From the human T2T-CHM13v2.0 reference genome, Homo sapiens: a stretch of 64,000 bases of DNA. The stretch lies in assembly GCF_009914755.1 (NCBI RefSeq), contig NC_060927.1; one strand, given 5' to 3'. Position 1 is the stretch's first letter; the number at the start of each line of letters is the position of its first letter. Below, piece by piece: positions 63,089 to 64,000 of the stretch. The notes beneath the pieces are model-generated. The model ran no database searches. It was not told the origin of the DNA and saw only the letters and a program-made list of their open reading frames with translations. The position numbers and the translations under genes were made by a program.

Positions 63089-63872
63089 TCATCATCACTG
63101 GCCATCAGAGAAATGCAAATCAAAACCACTATGAGATATCATCTCACACCAGTTAGAATGGCAATCATTAAAAAGTCAGGAAACAACAGGTGCTGGAGAG
63201 GATGCGGAGAAATAGGAACACTTTTACACTGTTGGTGGGACTGTAAACTAGTTCAACCATTGTGGAAGTCAGTGTGGCGATTCCTCAGGGATCTAGAACT
63301 AGAAATACCATTTGACCCAGCCATCCCATTACTGGGTATATACCCAAATGAGTATAAATCATGCTGCTATAAAGACACATGCACACGTATGTTTATTGCG
63401 GCACTATTCACAATAGCAAAGACTTGGAACCAACCCAAATGTCCAACAATGATAGACTGGATTAAGAAAATGTGGCACATATACACCATGGAATACTATG
63501 CAGCCATAAAAAATGATGAGTTCATATCCTTTGTAGGGACATGGATGAAATTGGAAACCATCATTCTCAGTAAACTATCGCAAGAACAAAAAACCAAACA
63601 CCGCATATTCTCACTCATAGGTGGGAATTGAACAATGAGATCACATGGACACAGGAAGGGGAATATCACACTCTGGGGACTGTGGTGGGGTTGGGGGAGG
63701 GGGGAGGGATAGTATTGGGAGATATACCTAATGCTAGATGACACATTAGTGGGTGCAGCGCACCAGCATGGCACATGTATACATATGTAACTAACCTGCA
63801 CAATGTGCACATGTACCCTAAAACTTAGAGTATAATAAAAAAAATAAAATAAAATAAAATAAAAAATAAATG

Positions 63873-63916
<44 letters not shown>
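63089..63916 (+). mobile_element. 5'-truncated L1HS, Ta-1 subfamily, with poly(A) tail
   Basis: ACA at 63743-63745 and G at 63828 (Ta diagnostics); T63349 and G63352 (Ta-1 diagnostics); G-rich 3' UTR tract; tail 63837-63916 ends in A44. Confidence 0.97.
63113..63631 (+). pseudogene. Uninterrupted C-terminal 172 aa of L1 ORF2p (promoterless fragment)
   Basis: [18 protein letters not shown] zinc knuckle through [11 protein letters not shown]-stop; matches active human ORF2p C-terminus as recalled. Confidence 0.95.
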
Positions 63917-63920
<4 letters not shown>

Positions 63921-64000
63921 TCCTCTATGTAGAAGTGGAAAAAATATGGGAATGGCTACCAAAATCCCTTTGGAAGACTGAAAAATCCTTTAATCTAGTA

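Overview
Human genomic DNA: AT-rich, CpG-poor and dominated by repeats, so intergenic or deep intronic. The species call rests on a human-specific L1HS Ta-1 element plus AluJ/S/Y and primate LTRs. I recognise no host protein-coding exon, RNA gene or CpG-island promoter. The ORF track is noise apart from LINE-1 ORF1/ORF2 remnants. Main contents: (1) a two-LTR, non-coding ERV1 (MER51B/MER51-int-like) provirus at 7877-14721 with TSD, tRNA-Arg PBS and PPT; (2) solo LTRs of MLT2A1-, MER4A-, MER11-, MER61-, MSTA- and MLT1-type; (3) an old, near full-length L1PA16/17-L1PB element at about 22.7-28.6 kb; (4) seven Alus; (5) L2, MIR, L1M and hAT fossils; (6) a very young 5'-truncated L1HS Ta-1 at 63089-63916 with a composite tail and no detectable target-site duplication. 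The L1HS insertion is the most interesting object. Next come an AT-rich nested palindrome (62205-62338), a TTAGGTTA micro-array grown inside an old L1 ORF2, recent tandem duplications, and LTRs of families active in early embryos. I found no evidence strong enough to claim a new biological system. Subfamily names come from remembered consensus sequences and need RepeatMasker/Dfam confirmation. Boundaries of old repeats are approximate.
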